IMG/VR virus record: IMGVR_UViG_3300021437_000012
Location: 1-64,000 of that record
DNA: 64,000 bases
Strand: one strand, 5' to 3'
Source of the DNA: a virus
Below the pieces are notes generated by a model. That model did no database searches and was not told the origin of the DNA. It was given only the letters and a program-made list of their open reading frames with translations. The position numbers and the translations under genes were made by a program. Positions within the stretch are counted from its first letter, which is position 1. The number at the start of each line of letters is the position of its first letter. Positions 36,763-46,191 of the stretch are shown piece by piece.

Positions 36763-37369
36763 AATTACTGAAATGTTCGAGCAATCTCTGTGTGAGTATA
36801 CAGGGGCGCCGTATGCTGTTACCTTTGATTCTTGTAGTAGTGCGTTATTTACAGCCTTATCATACCTAAAGTTAAATGGGGAGTTTATTCGCATCCCATC
36901 GCATACGTACATGAGTGTTCCTTGTGCAGTAAAACAAGCTGGGGGACGGGTTCAATTCGTAGAAAGTAGCCCTATTTTAGTTGGAGCGTATAGGTTATTG
37001 CCCACTAACATCATAGATAGTGCTCTACGGTTTACGGCAGACATGTACGAATTTGGAACAGAAACGTGTTTGTCATTTACAGGCCCATTCAAGCATCTTA
37101 AACTTAGTAAGGCGGGTGCCATTTTAACGGACAGTCCGTGTAAAGCTGAATGGTATCGTAAATTTCGGTTTAACGGGCGTAACGAATGTTCGTATCATAC
37201 TGATAACTTTACAATGTTGGGATGGAATTTCTACTTGTTACCTGAAATTGCTGCGCGTGGTGTTTTGCTTATGCGACAATTCTATAATCTTGATGGTACA
37301 AAAAAACACATGCAGGATATTGCACTGCCGTATCCTGACCTTAGCAAATTCGAGGTATACACAACATGA
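36743..37369 (+). CDS. short DegT/DnrJ-family aminotransferase
   Basis: FEQSLCEYTGAPYAV..DSCSSAL, IIDSA, CLSF...K. Confidence 0.8.
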   Translation: MSEGVYKITEMFEQSLCEYTGAPYAVTFDSCSSALFTALSYLKLNGEFIRIPSHTYMSVPCAVKQAGGRVQFVESSPILVGAYRLLPTNIIDSALRFTADMYEFGTETCLSFTGPFKHLKLSKAGAILTDSPCKAEWYRKFRFNGRNECSYHTDNFTMLGWNFYLLPEIAARGVLLMRQFYNLDGTKKHMQDIALPYPDLSKFEVYTT

Positions 37370-38157
37370 TCACCTTCGCAGTCACAGCATACAACGAATC
37401 TCTCCGCGGACGCACTCCGTTTCAGTGGATTCGGGAGTGTATTACGCCAGCATTATCGCATAACTATGTTAGCGAGATTTTAGTGTACGACGACGGCTCT
37501 GACGATTACCCACAGTTATACCATACACTGAAAAATTACCCTAAAATTAATATGCACTTCGGAGAACAGAATCTCGGCGTTTTCGGAGCTAAACTAGAAT
37601 CCGTGTTTCGCACGGAAAATGAATGGGTGATGATGGCAGATTCTGACAACGTGTTTGACTCTGCATATCTTGATCGATTGGAACGTATGGATAGACTAAG
37701 TGATCGTACATTTGTCTGTCCTAGCTTTGGACTTCCGATGTTAGACTATAGGCACTGCGTAGGTATGTGGTCTATGGATAACATAGGTCGATTGTCACGT
37801 ATGAAAGCGTTTGACTGCGTTGTGAATACAGGCAATCAATTTGTGAATCGTGAAACTTTCATGACGCTATTCGCACCCTACCGTGGACCTCGTTTCGATC
37901 TGAAGTTACCTGATTACCTAAACGTAGGTGATCGTTCCAATATTCGCTGGCGTAAGATCTACGACGCATGTGATAGCTTGATTATCAATTCCATCGCGTT
38001 AAAAGCTGATGTTTCACTGTGGGTCGCACCTGAGTTAACCTATACTCATGGCTCACTAATGCCCGAGCACAAAAACATCATGCCGTCTTCGTGGGAACAG
38101 GCACCGCCTGAAAAAGAACAGTTATCCAAGATTCTCATTCAGGAGTTACTTAGGTGA
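37366..38157 (+). CDS. GT2-like glycosyltransferase
   Basis: TAYN, EILVYDDGS, NLG, WVMMADSD. Confidence 0.8.
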   Translation: MITFAVTAYNESLRGRTPFQWIRECITPALSHNYVSEILVYDDGSDDYPQLYHTLKNYPKINMHFGEQNLGVFGAKLESVFRTENEWVMMADSDNVFDSAYLDRLERMDRLSDRTFVCPSFGLPMLDYRHCVGMWSMDNIGRLSRMKAFDCVVNTGNQFVNRETFMTLFAPYRGPRFDLKLPDYLNVGDRSNIRWRKIYDACDSLIINSIALKADVSLWVAPELTYTHGSLMPEHKNIMPSSWEQAPPEKEQLSKILIQELLR

Positions 38158-39050
38158 GCGTCGTACAGATGACCAACTTCGGTCAAATGGGGCGATGGGG
38201 TAATCAGATATTTCAGTACGCTTTCTTGAATTTATATGCTGAAAGGTACGGTGCAACTGTTGAAATTCCAGCGTGGGCTGGTGATGCTATTTATGGGGTG
38301 CCTCGGCAGTCACCTACAGAAAAACTCCCGCTTTACTATAATCGCAAAGGTGAACGGCATTACGAATATCCGCCGATAGGCAATGAAGTTGTAGATCACG
38401 ATTATTGTGGATATGGGCAGTTCCATACGTCATGGTACGCACTACATAAGGACAAATTTCGCAGCTACTTCCAACCAAATCAATCAATTGTGCGCCGGCT
38501 TGCTCCTGCATTGAGCAGACTACAGCGGCATAATACGACTGTGGGATTACACATTAGGCGGGGAGATTATGGCCGTTCGATTTTCTACATAACTCTTATT
38601 GCGTGGTACTTGCAGCTTCTTTCACATATCTGGCCATTGTTGAACGATCCTATTTTATTTATTGCAACGGAAGACTTGAGTTTAACCACGGAGTTCAACG
38701 CTTATCTCCCGGTTACAACGCAATCATTGGGCGTTGATCTTAACAGTGCACCTTTGATGCACTACAATTATTTACCTCATGACCTACAGACTCACGAGCT
38801 TGTGCAGATGGATTTCTTCCCCGACTTTTACTTTTTGTCACACTGCGATATTGTCATTGCGCCAAATTCTACATTCAGTTTTGCTGCGGCGATGATGAAT
38901 CCACACCTTCAGAAGTTTTACCGATCTGAGTTAGAAACTCAGCGTTTTGTGGAGTTAGATGTATGGAATTCACGTCCATTGACCCATGTTAATGTCAATG
39001 AATTTCCCGAAGTGCCCGGCGTTCGTCTCGACTCTAATCCGTGGTGGTAG
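38154..39050 (+). CDS. GT11 alpha-1,2-fucosyltransferase-like
   Basis: GRWGNQIFQYA, HIRRGDY, NSTFS. Confidence 0.88.
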   Translation: MSVVQMTNFGQMGRWGNQIFQYAFLNLYAERYGATVEIPAWAGDAIYGVPRQSPTEKLPLYYNRKGERHYEYPPIGNEVVDHDYCGYGQFHTSWYALHKDKFRSYFQPNQSIVRRLAPALSRLQRHNTTVGLHIRRGDYGRSIFYITLIAWYLQLLSHIWPLLNDPILFIATEDLSLTTEFNAYLPVTTQSLGVDLNSAPLMHYNYLPHDLQTHELVQMDFFPDFYFLSHCDIVIAPNSTFSFAAAMMNPHLQKFYRSELETQRFVELDVWNSRPLTHVNVNEFPEVPGVRLDSNPWW

Positions 39051-39053
39051 GGC

Positions 39054-39082
39054 TTGACATGTTTATAGACTCCTGGTATAGT
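39054..39082 (+). promoter_or_regulatory. sigma70 promoter, glyco-island unit 2
   Basis: TTGACA-N17-TATAGT with extended TG; ATG 10 nt downstream, no SD. Confidence 0.8.
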
Positions 39083-39092
39083 TTCGCCCAAC

Positions 39093-39803
39093 ATGAGCTT
39101 GGCACCTACCGTTCTCGTGTGCGTCTCAGGGTTTAGGGATACGGCGCTACTGCGCGGGTGTGTGCGGTCGGCCAACGCACTAGGATGGCCTGTGCTGTAC
39201 GCTGATGGCGCTTATAGGACGTTTCTTGACCGTCCCGACTCTGACCCTTGGGTGACGTCATCAGATGAGCTACGCGAGGCTACAGAAGGGTCTGATGTAG
39301 CCTTTATGCCAGCATTGCAAAAACAACCGTGGCCCGATGAGCCAACAAAGTTGAATGCAATTTTAAATCATGTTTCAGCGCACTACGATATTTTTTATCG
39401 TCCAACTTGGTTAGTATTTCTTGACTGTGATGAACGGCTAGAGTGGGTAAATCCGCGTGAAGAAGTTACCGGCTTTTTATACGCGCTACTTTCTATGCCT
39501 GAAATTAAGTGGGCTACCATTAAAACGTATCAGCCAAAATCTGGTGTCATTTCGTCCGTTGCCCGGTTTTTTAAGTTCGATGAGCATATTCGTGAGAATT
39601 TAGCGTTTAGTTCTATTCCGCCGTTTCCGTTGTTATGGGATGGGGCAGCGTTGTGTGCGCCATGTGAATCATCCTACACCGGACTTCGGACAAATTGCGT
39701 TAATATACCATATAGTCTTCTAAGAATTCGGCATGAGTGTGGAAGACAGACTGCGGAACGTAAAGCTCAACTAGCGAGGTATCGTGCAATTATACGTGTT
39801 TGA
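39093..39803 (+). CDS. GT-A glycosyltransferase, paralog B of 28487..29200
   Basis: LVCVSGF.D...LR.CV.SANALG..VLY.DGAY..FLD.PD, FLDCDERLE, LRIRHE shared with paralog A. Confidence 0.7.
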   Translation: MSLAPTVLVCVSGFRDTALLRGCVRSANALGWPVLYADGAYRTFLDRPDSDPWVTSSDELREATEGSDVAFMPALQKQPWPDEPTKLNAILNHVSAHYDIFYRPTWLVFLDCDERLEWVNPREEVTGFLYALLSMPEIKWATIKTYQPKSGVISSVARFFKFDEHIRENLAFSSIPPFPLLWDGAALCAPCESSYTGLRTNCVNIPYSLLRIRHECGRQTAERKAQLARYRAIIRV

Positions 39804-40362
39804 TGATGTACTTCAGATTTACCGCAAATGGCGGCGAGATGAGCTTCAAGGAATTTATCTACAGTATGCAAGTAATGTAGATGCTTTATACAACTTAGTT
39901 TGGTGCAAAGGGTATGGGTATTCACCTGTTGTAGATGCAGTACAACGAGATACGCCTGTGGGTGACGCATTAACGGAGAATTCAGTGCTGACATTTGCGG
40001 TCGCTTATGGTGTAGTGGACTCATTATGGCTAAATGGAACTACTTGCCAATTAGTTACTAAGGCGCCCTATGTATATAAAGTTCCACTTAATTTGGAACA
40101 ACAAGCTGGGCTACCTTCGTTAAAATCAGGATGGTATGCTTTATTGGATTGGAGTTATTTCGCACCAAAGTGGGAAACAGACGATTCTATTGATAAGTCT
40201 ATGGATCTTTTCTTTTCGTTCAACCATGGTGTACCAGAAACAATCTACTTACTAACTCCATGGCATCGTTGCAGTTCAAATTTAGCAAAATTCGCACAGT
40301 TCACTTCTCGTTTAAAAACAATGTATGGCGTAGACACCATCAACTGTCGAGGGATAAAATAA
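39784..40362 (+). CDS. hypothetical protein
   Basis: Overlapping ORF in the operon. Confidence 0.6.
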   Translation: MQLYVFDDVLQIYRKWRRDELQGIYLQYASNVDALYNLVWCKGYGYSPVVDAVQRDTPVGDALTENSVLTFAVAYGVVDSLWLNGTTCQLVTKAPYVYKVPLNLEQQAGLPSLKSGWYALLDWSYFAPKWETDDSIDKSMDLFFSFNHGVPETIYLLTPWHRCSSNLAKFAQFTSRLKTMYGVDTINCRGIK

Positions 40363-40365
40363 ATC

Positions 40366-41061
40366 ATGTTACCGTACACACCCACTATTACTCAAATCCT
40401 TGATGTAATTAATAAGCCATTTCTTGTTAAATGGAAAGTGGAAAACGCGCAGGCTATAACTGCAAAGTTAGCTGCTGAAATGTATAGTGACGCATCATTT
40501 ACAGATCATATAAAGTTTCATCAAGCCTTAACTAATAAAGTCACTGCTATTACACAACAATCGCAAACAGACATTTCATCTCGCGGCACGTCTATTCACG
40601 ATTTAATTAGCTACGCATTACTAACTAAAATGAAAAAAACTGATGGGTTAGTAAAACCAGAACCTACGGATTCAACTAGAATTGCTTGGGAAAATTGGAG
40701 AACTTGGGCTAACAAGGTAAAACCAAAACCTCTTTATATTGAGCATCGTATTCAAAGCGACGTACATAAGTATAGAGGTAAGTTGGACGCCATAATACAG
40801 CTTGGTAAGATAGTAACGGTCGTTGATTGGAAGACTGGTAAAGCAGTGTATCCTGAAGCTATTATGCAAGTGGCCGCTTATGCACGTGCAGCAGCAGAGA
40901 TGAAATTAGTTAAACCTGGGTATGAATGTGCTGTAATTCGTATTTCTAAAGATGACCCTCGTGATGAGGTTGAAGTGGTTAAGGTAGATAAGGCGGAGGA
41001 AGTAGCAGCATTCGGTGCTTTTTTGTCTGCACGGCAACTGTGGGGCTACTTAAATGCCTGA
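40366..41061 (+). CDS. PD-(D/E)XK exonuclease-like protein
   Basis: RGTSIH, YRGKLDAI, VDWKTG, QVAAY. Confidence 0.85.
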   Translation: MLPYTPTITQILDVINKPFLVKWKVENAQAITAKLAAEMYSDASFTDHIKFHQALTNKVTAITQQSQTDISSRGTSIHDLISYALLTKMKKTDGLVKPEPTDSTRIAWENWRTWANKVKPKPLYIEHRIQSDVHKYRGKLDAIIQLGKIVTVVDWKTGKAVYPEAIMQVAAYARAAAEMKLVKPGYECAVIRISKDDPRDEVEVVKVDKAEEVAAFGAFLSARQLWGYLNA

Positions 41062-42037
41062 ATTAAAGTGTGTAGTTCTTGCAAATAAGCAGTATGAAAC
41101 CTATATGTCCAACGAAGGTTGGCAGTTACAGGAGGGATTGCAGTTAGCAGGGTGGAAACTACGTGGTTATGGGTATGAAGATAATTCGGTTGACGTGCAA
41201 AGCATTATAGATCAAGACCATCCTGATGTAGTGATGATTCAAGATGTACGGGATTGGGCTAATGGGGATTCTCCCGTTAAATTCTGTAATACACAAATCT
41301 TAAGAGAACACAGCAGTATCTTCAAAGTGATGGTACTAAAAGACCCTTGGTATTGTTCAGATTTTCAATCTATGTACATGGGATTGATGGGTGTTAAGGC
41401 GTGTGTGGTTTATTACCAGCAAGATACAGTACGCCAACATACTACATGGCTACCACAAAATATGTCACTTATTCGTACATACCATAGCGTTGATCCAACA
41501 CAAGCGGCTAATGCGTATAATGTCAATTTACGTAGAGAAGATGGTTTAGTTTCTGGGACTTTGGAGCCGTATGAAACCTATCCCATGCGTAACTGGTTTG
41601 TGCGTAATTGTGCTGAATTAGATTTACGTGTACTACCTCATCCGCAGTATTACGTACAAGCCAAATCAGCAACTAACGCCTATCTACGTATTCTTAGTCA
41701 ATTTAAAGTACATGTAGCTACTGCTAGTATTTACCAATGTGCGTTACGTAAGATAATCGAGTCAATTGCAACTGGGTGCATTCCAATCACAAATTTATCT
41801 AGTAATGATAAATTGCCTATGATTGATTCTGCTATTTGGCGCGCCCGATTTGATCAAGATGTGTATAGAATGCACAATGTACTACAATTGGCTAAAGAAA
41901 ACTGGCGTAAAGACCGTGCACTTCACTACGCACGTCTTGCATGGGAACACTATTCTTACATAAATCAAGGTAGACTTTTGTCCGAAGAAATTAAGAGGCA
42001 ATACTATGCGCATTTTCGGCATCGTAACGTGTGTTGA
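41054..42037 (+). CDS. GT-B-like glycosyltransferase (putative)
   Basis: YP.R, HPQY, Y...L...K, KIIES.A.GC.PIT. Confidence 0.6.
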   Translation: MPELKCVVLANKQYETYMSNEGWQLQEGLQLAGWKLRGYGYEDNSVDVQSIIDQDHPDVVMIQDVRDWANGDSPVKFCNTQILREHSSIFKVMVLKDPWYCSDFQSMYMGLMGVKACVVYYQQDTVRQHTTWLPQNMSLIRTYHSVDPTQAANAYNVNLRREDGLVSGTLEPYETYPMRNWFVRNCAELDLRVLPHPQYYVQAKSATNAYLRILSQFKVHVATASIYQCALRKIIESIATGCIPITNLSSNDKLPMIDSAIWRARFDQDVYRMHNVLQLAKENWRKDRALHYARLAWEHYSYINQGRLLSEEIKRQYYAHFRHRNVC

Positions 42038-42686
42038 CTATTCTGGTTTTCTTGAAAAGAGTTTATCTATATGGCAAGCAGGACTAGATAAGTTGGTCGT
42101 GGTAACTTCGCAAGAAGATAACCGCACTCAGCAACTTTTAGATTCTCCTGAATATTCGCAAGTTATCTTGCATCCTACTAATGCGTTTTGGCAAGACGGT
42201 GCATTATTCAACAAAGCTGCGGCTCTAGAAGAAGCTTATATAACACTGCGAACTTCAGCGGATGAATGGGTTTTATTTTTTGATGCTGATGTTATTCCAC
42301 CTACTGGGTGGCGGCAGGATATTGAAGAAATTGGACAACTTGAATTGGGTTGCATATATGGTGCTATTCGTCGTACTGAAGACTATAGGCTGATACGTGA
42401 TACGGAACTAGCTGGATTTTTTCAGCTATGGCATCGTCGTGATCCTGTTGTTCAGACTTTGCCATTATTAGGTTCATGGCATAATGCTTCTGGTTACGAT
42501 TCTGCATTTGCCACTCGGTGGCCTAAAACTAACCAACGTTGTGCACCAATTAGCTTAATACACCAAGGAAACGTCGGTAGAAATTGGTGCGGGGTAGGCC
42601 ATGATTCTGACATGGGCGAAGTTTTTGCAAATCGACGACACAAAGGCGGATTTCTTCACGAGCGACTGGACAATATAGGGCGTTAG
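42006..42686 (+). CDS. GT-A glycosyltransferase (putative)
   Basis: TCVDY..FL, FNK.AA, WVLFFDAD, GFFQLW. Confidence 0.7.
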   Translation: MRIFGIVTCVDYSGFLEKSLSIWQAGLDKLVVVTSQEDNRTQQLLDSPEYSQVILHPTNAFWQDGALFNKAAALEEAYITLRTSADEWVLFFDADVIPPTGWRQDIEEIGQLELGCIYGAIRRTEDYRLIRDTELAGFFQLWHRRDPVVQTLPLLGSWHNASGYDSAFATRWPKTNQRCAPISLIHQGNVGRNWCGVGHDSDMGEVFANRRHKGGFLHERLDNIGR

Positions 42687-42695
42687 TGGTACACT
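42667..42695 (+). promoter_or_regulatory. sigma70-like promoter upstream of an sRNA/leader
   Basis: TGGACA-N17-TACACT with extended TG. Confidence 0.6.
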
Positions 42696-42700
42696 TAAAT

Positions 42701-42794
42701 TGCCTAGATCCTCTAGGCACGTCAGTTTCTCCTCTGTATAGGTGCATCGTCGTACCCATTAACTCGGACCCACTATGACGATGCACCGTTTTTT
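42701..42794 (+). ncRNA. candidate ~95-nt small RNA or attenuator leader
   Basis: 5' hairpin TGCCTAGA/TCTAGGCA, CU-rich linker, 14-bp stem followed by T6. Confidence 0.45.
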
Positions 42795-42800
42795 CAATAA

Positions 42801-43427
42801 ATGAACTACGATACAGCACTCATAACTAGCGAAGACTTCAAATCGTACTATGGTATATTGTCTTCATCTACAGGATCAGATAGCTTAATAGCTCTATTAA
42901 TAGAAAAGTGCTCTTCGCTTATAAGTGAATTTTGTGAACGAAAATTTCAGTCTGCTAGCTATACTGAATATTTCGATGGTAGAGGTAAATCTGATTTATT
43001 TGTAACGCACTACCCAATTGCAAGCCCGTTGTCTGCGACTACTGGTGGTGGTTTGTGGGATGACCCTCAGCGTACTTATTCTGATTCGTATAAGTTGACA
43101 GAGGATGTAGGCCAGGGCACTGGTGATTTTGTTGTATACCCTTCGGAAGAAGGTCAAGGCAAAATATCACGTATCAACGGTGTTTTTTACGTAGGGCGTC
43201 GAAATATAAAAATAACGTACACTGGTGGGTATACGCAAATACCTAGACAAATTCAACTTGCTTGTTTTCGTATGGTTAGTAATGAGTACCAAAAAACACA
43301 AAAAGATACCTTTGGGCAAAGTTCTCAATCAATCCACCGAGATTCAACTACTTATATAGCACCTAAAGATGTACCTCTTGATATTCGGGAAATGTTAGAA
43401 CGCTGGAGAAAGTGGTCGTTTAGATGA
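42801..43427 (+). CDS. head-tail connector (adaptor) protein
   Basis: LIEKCS..I.EFCERKF..YTEYFDG, YTGGY..IP..IQLAC, IREMLERWR. Confidence 0.85.
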   Translation: MNYDTALITSEDFKSYYGILSSSTGSDSLIALLIEKCSSLISEFCERKFQSASYTEYFDGRGKSDLFVTHYPIASPLSATTGGGLWDDPQRTYSDSYKLTEDVGQGTGDFVVYPSEEGQGKISRINGVFYVGRRNIKITYTGGYTQIPRQIQLACFRMVSNEYQKTQKDTFGQSSQSIHRDSTTYIAPKDVPLDIREMLERWRKWSFR

Positions 43428-44032
43428 ACTTTGGCGTTAATGTACAGATTGATAGTACAGTAGCAGAAATGCTTAATAAAATAAGTGGTGGGCTTCCTGA
43501 AGCGGCACGTAAAATTGCGCTTGGTGTGCTTTCAACCGTCGCAATGGAAGTGTCAGATAACGCGCAGAGCGGAAGACCGTATTTAAACCGAGGGTATGGG
43601 GTGTTATCCGATGCTTGGAAACTTTCGGCAAGTGGTCAGCATAACATAAATTCTGAACTACGGGTTGAATCTACTACGGATGGTGTAGAAGTATCTTTCG
43701 CTCCTGACTTACCATACACTTGGATTCATGATACTGGCGGAGAAATTACGCCTAAGAATTCACAGTACCTTGCTATTCCTTTAGGTAACTTTGGTGGGTT
43801 AGGCCCTCGTGCTTTTGGTGATTTGTTTGTAATACGTACAAAAAATAACAATTTACTTCTTGCTAGACGTACACGAAATAAAGCATTAGAGTTTCTTTTT
43901 GTGTTAAAGAAACGTGTTGAAATTCCTGCACGTCACTATATTTCAGATGCTATTGCAGTAGCTTCTGAGACCGCTACTTATGTAGGTGTTGGGGTGTTAA
44001 ACGACTTAATTCGCGAGGCAACCAGTGGCTAG
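43424..44032 (+). CDS. neck/tail completion protein (virion morphogenesis-like)
   Basis: PY..IHD.GG.I.PK...L.IP...V.IPARHY. Confidence 0.75.
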   Translation: MNFGVNVQIDSTVAEMLNKISGGLPEAARKIALGVLSTVAMEVSDNAQSGRPYLNRGYGVLSDAWKLSASGQHNINSELRVESTTDGVEVSFAPDLPYTWIHDTGGEITPKNSQYLAIPLGNFGGLGPRAFGDLFVIRTKNNNLLLARRTRNKALEFLFVLKKRVEIPARHYISDAIAVASETATYVGVGVLNDLIREATSG

Positions 44033-44498
44033 TTCTGTTAAAGAAGTTGGGCTTGCTGCGATTAGAACGGATTTATTGGGCATTAACGCTATAACACCAT
44101 ACAATTTTAAGGTAGAGATTGTGTCGCGAGATGTGGCACCGCCTGAACGGTTAAAAGTAATTTCAGGGGATGTCGCAGCGATAGCTATGCTAGACGGTAT
44201 TGAAACTAAACACCGACAAGTTTCTAATCGAGTTATTGTATGGAGAGTACCAGTTACTTTACTTTGTTACATCAAGCGTAATCCAGATGAGTCTGGGTCT
44301 GCTACTCTGAATAAATTACGTTCCGATGTGTTTATTGCACTGTATTCTTCGAGTAAGTGGAATCATAGCGGTAACGTGATACTAACTGATCCTTTATCAT
44401 TCGACCCACTTGCTGTTGCTGGTGTTGACCTTCTTTGTCTTATTGTGGATTTTTATTTTTTGTGCTCTCATACGTGGGATGATCCGACTACAACATGA
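44025..44498 (+). CDS. tail terminator-like protein
   Basis: Size and position before the tail tube gene. Confidence 0.6.
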   Translation: MASSVKEVGLAAIRTDLLGINAITPYNFKVEIVSRDVAPPERLKVISGDVAAIAMLDGIETKHRQVSNRVIVWRVPVTLLCYIKRNPDESGSATLNKLRSDVFIALYSSSKWNHSGNVILTDPLSFDPLAVAGVDLLCLIVDFYFLCSHTWDDPTTT

Positions 44499-44725
44499 GT
44501 AGACGATATGGGCGTATTGGAGAAGCTGTATCATTGATTCTTTCTGATATGACAGGAAAAGACGCTTCTTGCTTCATTGAGTCTGATGATAACGGACCCT
44601 ATGTTGACTTAGACACCAGACGTGTTAAACTGTTACTAGCGGATGTAACTCTAGTTACACTCGAAGAATCTGAAGCGCCACCAACATCCGGCGTCTGTAA
44701 CTCAGGAGACAAAAAGTGTCCGTAA
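44495..44725 (+). CDS. hypothetical protein
   Basis: ATGA-coupled ORF. Confidence 0.55.
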   Translation: MSRRYGRIGEAVSLILSDMTGKDASCFIESDDNGPYVDLDTRRVKLLLADVTLVTLEESEAPPTSGVCNSGDKKCP

Positions 44726-45813
44726 TAAATCTCGCTGTAGGCGCCCCATTTTATGGTGGTTTTAAGCAGGTTACTTCTGCCCCCGATTGGGATGGCGTGA
44801 TCACCACTCAGGGAGTACTTTTAGGATCTGGTGATGGGTTAGAAATATTGCCTACAGGCGTCCCAATGACAAAATTGGGATTTGTTGAAGACAACTCGCT
44901 TAATTCAACCGGCGTGCAACGTAAGCGCCAACTTCGTACTATTGATTGTGAAGGCAGCATTCAGGTTCTTTGTCGGTATCGTGGGTGTGAACGTTTAATT
45001 TTTGGTTGGTTTGGTACGGATACAATGACTGGGCCAACTGATACAGTAGTCTACACACATAAGGCTACTATCAACACCATCAATAAAGGTAACATCTTTA
45101 ACTTTGCAGCTTACGACAACCTTGTATGTCGTGATTTTCCTGTTTGTAAAGTTGAACATCTTAAGATGGAATTCGCGGAAAATACGCTCAGCGTGCTAGA
45201 AGCGGGGTTAGTTGCGAAACGTGAACTTCAGGATGGTTCTGGGCTTAATACAACTTCTACCATTACAAGTGTAACGCTACCATCACCGAAAGAGTACGTT
45301 GTGCTTTCTGCTGCTTCGACTGTTCTTCGTATGAAGACAGTTACGGGAAGTGAAACTGCACTCGGGTCGAATGACATTCTGTATCCGTCAAAGATTAGTT
45401 TGACGTTCGCTCGTAAATATAAGAAGCGTCGTTCAACGCGCAACAATCCGTACATTGATGAGCCCGTTGCCGGTGCTTGGTTCTTAATTGGTGGTTCTTT
45501 TACATTGCCAATCGACGACGCCACTGCGTACTGGACTGATATCGTAGGCGCCTCCGAAAAGAAAATGGACATTACATTTACAGGTGGTGCAATCGCAGGA
45601 TCAGCGTCAAGTTTTTACACGTGGTTGTTTGAGTATCCGTCTATGATTATTGAGTCTGGCGGGTTGCCGAACATCAACACACCGGATTTACTCGAAGTAA
45701 CTTTTCCGTTCACTGCACATCGTGCAGACGCTAACCCTGGTGGCATGTCTTTCCAGCTTCCTCAGTTCACTTGTAAGAATCTTGTTAGCACGTCTTTCCT
45801 TAACGGAGGATAA
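44716..45813 (+). CDS. major tail tube protein
   Basis: Position before chaperone and tape measure; beta-rich; YTH motif. Confidence 0.75.
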   Translation: MSVINLAVGAPFYGGFKQVTSAPDWDGVITTQGVLLGSGDGLEILPTGVPMTKLGFVEDNSLNSTGVQRKRQLRTIDCEGSIQVLCRYRGCERLIFGWFGTDTMTGPTDTVVYTHKATINTINKGNIFNFAAYDNLVCRDFPVCKVEHLKMEFAENTLSVLEAGLVAKRELQDGSGLNTTSTITSVTLPSPKEYVVLSAASTVLRMKTVTGSETALGSNDILYPSKISLTFARKYKKRRSTRNNPYIDEPVAGAWFLIGGSFTLPIDDATAYWTDIVGASEKKMDITFTGGAIAGSASSFYTWLFEYPSMIIESGGLPNINTPDLLEVTFPFTAHRADANPGGMSFQLPQFTCKNLVSTSFLNGG

Positions 45814-45814
45814 C

Positions 45815-46183
45815 TTGAAGATTGATATTCGTAAAGGTAGGCTTGTTGAGTGGGCGCCGCCTGGTGAGTTGAATGTAGTTAAGTTGTACATTCGTGGAGT
45901 GCCTATTGCAAAGCAGATTGAACTTGTAGAGCGATTTGTAGGTCCACGAGCTAATGAAGAAGGGACACCAAAGTTTGATCCTAAGACGATTGGCGAGATC
46001 CAGCAAGTTGTAGTCGAAGCTACTTCTTCATGGGAAGGTGTAGACGAAGGCGATAAACAAGCAGAGTGCAATGTAGAGAATAAAACGGCGTTTTATGAAA
46101 TGTACCCGGATGCGCGAGATACCGTTTTTCGTGCGCTACTTGCAACCACGTCTACAAATACTTCGGAAAAAAAAGTTCATTAG
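45815..46183 (+). CDS. tail assembly chaperone (G-like)
   Basis: GGAGG RBS with TTG start; ends at a slippery A8 run. Confidence 0.75.
   Translation: MKIDIRKGRLVEWAPPGELNVVKLYIRGVPIAKQIELVERFVGPRANEEGTPKFDPKTIGEIQQVVVEATSSWEGVDEGDKQAECNVENKTAFYEMYPDARDTVFRALLATTSTNTSEKKVH
46166..46176 (+). other. -1 programmed frameshift site
   Basis: GAA AAA AAA GTT; the -1 frame reads AAA AGT TCA TTA GAG ATT TGG GTG into ORF 46192..46587 with no stop. Confidence 0.8.
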
Positions 46184-46191
46184 AGATTTGG

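Noticed and set aside
40366-41061. Cas4
   Set aside because: Lacks the Fe-S cysteine cluster and any CRISPR context; it is a generic phage PD-(D/E)XK nuclease.
28449-42686. Host LPS/capsule locus (prophage boundary or contamination)
   Set aside because: Flanked on both sides by contiguous phage morphogenesis genes, includes a capsid-like fragment, and lacks wzx/wzy/ABC export genes.
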